Positions 60,593 through 64,000 of a stretch of 64,000 nt of DNA are shown here, in pieces; positions within the stretch are counted from its first letter, which is position 1, and the number at the start of each line of letters is the position of its first letter. The stretch is from the NCBI GenBank assembly GCA_038087875.1, contig CM075988.1, positions 14,324,001-14,388,000 of the forward strand, read 5' to 3'. Source of the DNA: Malacoraja senta. Lineage: Eukaryota. The notes beneath the pieces were generated by a model that was not told the DNA's origin, ran no database searches, and saw nothing but the letters and a program-made list of their open reading frames with translations. The position numbers and the translations under genes are program-made.

Positions 60593-62044
60593 GAGGTAAA
60601 CAAAAATAGCTGTTCGAATAAGGAGAAAAAGGAATGGTGGGCGAACAACTAATGGAAGTGGACAAGAGGACTGTGCACTTGTTAGATCTTGTGTTGTCTC
60701 TGGCTGACCTGATTCTCTGTCATCATTGACCCTCAAGGGATTGGATCTTGTTCCTACTGCCAGCAGATCTGATCAACATCACCAGAGTTCAAGCATTTAA
60801 ACAGTAAAATGTCCACCATTCCTGTTCATGTCTTGATAAACACAGATGTCCAAGACTTCATGACAGGGTTAAAGAGACAAATCTGTCAATTCAATCCATT
60901 GCTGGACTGCAGATGGAGAATTGCCCCTCAATTCATGTACCAAATCGAAGAGCCCAGTGATATTATTGTGCATTTTAGGGCAAACATTCAGAAGATAAGT
61001 AAGTTACTATTTTAAAACTCAATCCTCGCTATTCGAAACTATCAGCATTTCTATAAATAATTAAAAACATAAATACTATATATTAAAATATATTCAAAAT
61101 ACTGTCAAACAGAAACATTAAAATTGAGCACTGTAAGTGAAAAACACGCAGAACCTGCCTCTTTTATCTCATCTCCTGGTTTGTAATTGCCATCTCAAGC
61201 GATGGTGATATGGCTGAGGAGCCAGGTCTGGCTGGTGAACCAGATTCTCCACTATAATCCTTGAGAATCCCAGTGTGATTGGGCTCCGCCTGTGGATGTC
61301 TCGTCGTGTGCAGTGGCAGGTGAGCATCTGTTGTCTGCTCATCCACAATGTCAGGGATCCCGAAGTCCGCAATGCATTTACATGTGACCTACCAAATGCC
61401 GCAATCTCCCAATGGAACTAGGGAGACCATTAGTTTTAATGAGAGTTCTAGGTTAGCTTCGGTGAGGACACGTTTACTGAGATGACAACGTTTAGTATAT
61501 CAAACCTGATTAAACCCTGCTGAGGTTTTAGTACTTTAACAAGATCGCTCTCTAACAAGAAACAAACAGAAGAAAGACAACACGGCACCTGTCAAGTCTT
61601 CAGTTTTGTGATGTACTGTTTAAGCTTTCAACTAGTCCAACATTTTCAGGCAGTGAGTAAGTCATTTTGCAGAGGTTTGCCTATCGAATGACAAGGAAAT
61701 GCAGGAATATGCTATTCCGCTCCTCATACTTGCTCCACCATTCAATAAGATCATGGATGATTATTTATCTTGGCAGCAATTTCCTTCACTAAACCCATAA
61801 CTTGTCAATTCACATAGTATCTAAAAATATACCAATCTCTGGATTGAATATATTCAGTGACTGAGGTGTGGCAAATGAAAATCAGAGGTTATGCAAAAAA
61901 TAATAGTGGACTAGACAAAACTGTGAAAAGCTAGTCAAATATTTGCGTACCATAAAATTACTTTTGCTATCAAGATTGTTTTTTTCTTTTGATGTCCCTG
62001 CATTGTTCCTGGATGATGTACCGCAGTGGAAGTATTCACAGAGT

Positions 62045-62565
62045 ACAATATTCACCACGACCTTGCCTGGGTTGGAGCGTTTTAGTTCTGTGGAGAAATT
62101 GGATAGGCTGCGTTTGTTATCCTTGGAGTGGGGAAGGCTGGGGGGAACCTGACAGAGATGTGGAAAATCTTTATGGCCGCAAATAGGGCAGAAAAGTACT
62201 AAACCCTTTTCCATTGTGGAAGTGTATGTAAGCAGGGGACATAGACTTAACATGAGGAGTAAGAGGTTAAGAGCTTATATAAAGAACTTTTTCACCCAGA
62301 GAGTAGCTGAAGTTTGGACTACACTGCTTGAAAGAGTGGTGATGGCAAAAAGACTCCGCAACTTTAAGGAGGATTTAGACGAGTATTTGAATCATCAAAG
62401 ACTAGAAGAGTTAGACAAAGTAAATAGGATTTATACAGAAGGATATCAGGAACAAAGGAGATTACAAAAAGTGGTCAACACTGCCCGGTCCATCAGAGGT
62501 ACTGACCTCCCCACCATAGGCAGAGTGGGCCGAAAGACACATCTATGTTGTGGGATTCTATGATC
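62045..62565 (+). mobile_element. Degraded CR1 3' fragment with a short Rex1 piece (about 62450-62518)
   Basis: RGHRLNMR...NFFTQRVAEVW; RRLQKVVNTARSIRGTDLPTI is Rex1-like. Confidence 0.65.
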
Positions 62566-62879
62566 CCTTCAGATATAGTGGTCATAACAGTGCTATCCTT
62601 ACATTCAGAAAATATAATGCGTGCCCACAATCCACACAGATGGAAAGCCCTCATCCATCAGACATGATTACCATGACAAATGTCAACCAGAAAAGCATCA
62701 TCAGTCTCCATTCTCCATGAATGCTGAGAGCAGGGTCTAAACCTGGCACAATGACTAGAGGTCTAGAGGCAGGGCTGGCTTAACCAAGCCAAGGTATTCT
62801 CTCCAGGTCATGGAGACATATAGCTTGCAAACAGGCCTTATGATCAATCTAGTCCACACTTACCATCAAGCCATATTGA

Positions 62880-63423
62880 CGCTGACTGCCCCGACTGACC
62901 GGTAATGTCCCACAGATCCTTGCATAAGTCACATGTTATGCAAGTCGGAAGTGGAAGTGCCACTGTGCATGGGTAGATTTACTATTGTACTGCTTGGCGC
63001 TAGTGGGAGACCATGTGGGAACTCCGACACAGAAACCACATGGAAGTATCCATGAGAAAAGCAGACTAGCTTGCGGAAACGGTTGCAAACGCACTGCTAC
63101 TGAGATGGTAGACAAAAGTGCTGGAGAAACTCAGCGGGTGCAGCAGCATCTATGGAGCGAAGGAAATAGGCAACGTTTCGGGCTGAAATCCTTCTTCAGA
63201 CTGAAGAAGTGTTTCGGACCTAAACGTTGCCTATTTCCTTCGCTCCATAGATGCTGCTGCACCCGCTGAGTTTCTCCAGCACTTTTGTCTTCCTTCGATA
63301 TTCCAGCATCTGCAGTTCCTTTTTAAGCACAACTGCTACTGAGATGTACAGCTCGGAAATAAACAGTGTGATTACGTAAGTGCAAGTTTCTGCAAGTCGC
63401 ATATTACATAAGTCGGGGAGTAC
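62880..63423. mobile_element. Possible Tigger/pogo-like MITE inside a V-SINE
   Basis: Imperfect ends ctgccccgact / agtcggggagta; repeated gcaagtc and ataagtc motifs; the SINE resumes at 63424. Confidence 0.4.
63108..63331. mobile_element. Palindromic Penelope-derived element with 15-bp TSD
   Basis: 90-bp inverted arms at 63110-63199 and 63201-63290; tail ccagcatctgcagttcct; actgctactgagatg at 63093-63107 and 63332-63346. Confidence 0.93.
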
Positions 63424-63675
63424 ACTAATCCTACACGTCCCATATTATTCTCCCCACATTCCCATCAAACACAGTAGGGGCAATTCACAGTGACCAATTA
63501 AGCTCCCAACCAGCAATTCCTTGAGACGTTTGAACAAACCAGACTGCCTGGAGGAAATACATGTGGTCGCAGGAAGAATGTGTAACCTCCACACACACAG
63601 CACCGGAGGTCAGGATTGAGCCTGCATCACTTTAATTGTGAGGAAGCAGCTGCACTAGCTGTGCTACTGAGCTGT
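63424..63675 (-). mobile_element. Diverged V-SINE (tail part at about 62810-62878)
   Basis: ggggcaattcacagtgaccaattaa...cacacagcaccggaggtcaggattgagcc. Confidence 0.75.
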
Positions 63676-63876
63676 CCATGGTGCTGACAGGCTCTGGTCT
63701 TTAGAGAAAACATTCACTGAAAGGAAGATCATATCACATGAACATCACAGCACAGATCCAAAGAATCAATATCATATTAACATTTTCTAAACTCTCGAAA
63801 TTTCCCCATTGGCCTTTCTTATGTGCAAGCTGCAACCAAATCCAATCCAGAGCAAATTAAATAAATATATCTAAAA

Positions 63877-64000
63877 AGGATACAAAGTGTCAGAGTAACT
63901 CAACGGGTCAGGCAGCAACTCTGAAGAACATAGATAGGTGATGTTTCGGGTAGGGACCTTTTTTCAGACAGACAGAGTCTGGAGGAGGGTCCCGACCCAA
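63877..64000. mobile_element. Palindromic Penelope-derived element running off the window
   Basis: gagtaactcaacgggtcaggcagc...gtttcgggtagggacc arm, then inverted gtctggaggagggtcccgaccc. Confidence 0.8.

Noticed and set aside
61164..61390. GC-richer unique segment with two open minus-strand frames
   Set aside because: Cannot assign a protein or consistent splice boundaries; it may be non-coding or an old repeat.

Overview
Eukaryotic DNA densely filled with transposable elements. The mix of HE1-type V-SINEs, many CR1 LINEs, Penelope-like elements, Rex1/Babar and Deu-domain SINEs points to a cartilaginous fish, probably a skate or ray (inference). I found no host protein-coding exon I can support, so this looks like intronic or intergenic sequence, and all recognisable ORFs belong to mobile elements. 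Main contents: a near full-length degenerate CR1 (zinc-finger/esterase ORF1, APE-RT ORF2), a full-length degenerate IR/DR Tc1, a partial-tandem Penelope-like element with a GIY-YIG endonuclease, PIF/Harbinger MITEs, a hAT MITE, a non-autonomous Helitron with an internal 48-bp minisatellite, and two DNA elements with unusual 7-bp and 5-bp target-site duplications (TSDs). The most notable signal is a minimal hammerhead-ribozyme-like core (CUGAnGA-helix II-GAAAC-GUC) in the Penelope terminal repeat. It recurs more than ten times, including in short TSD-flanked palindromic insertions. Family names come from recalled motifs, not database searches, and boundaries of degraded repeats are approximate.
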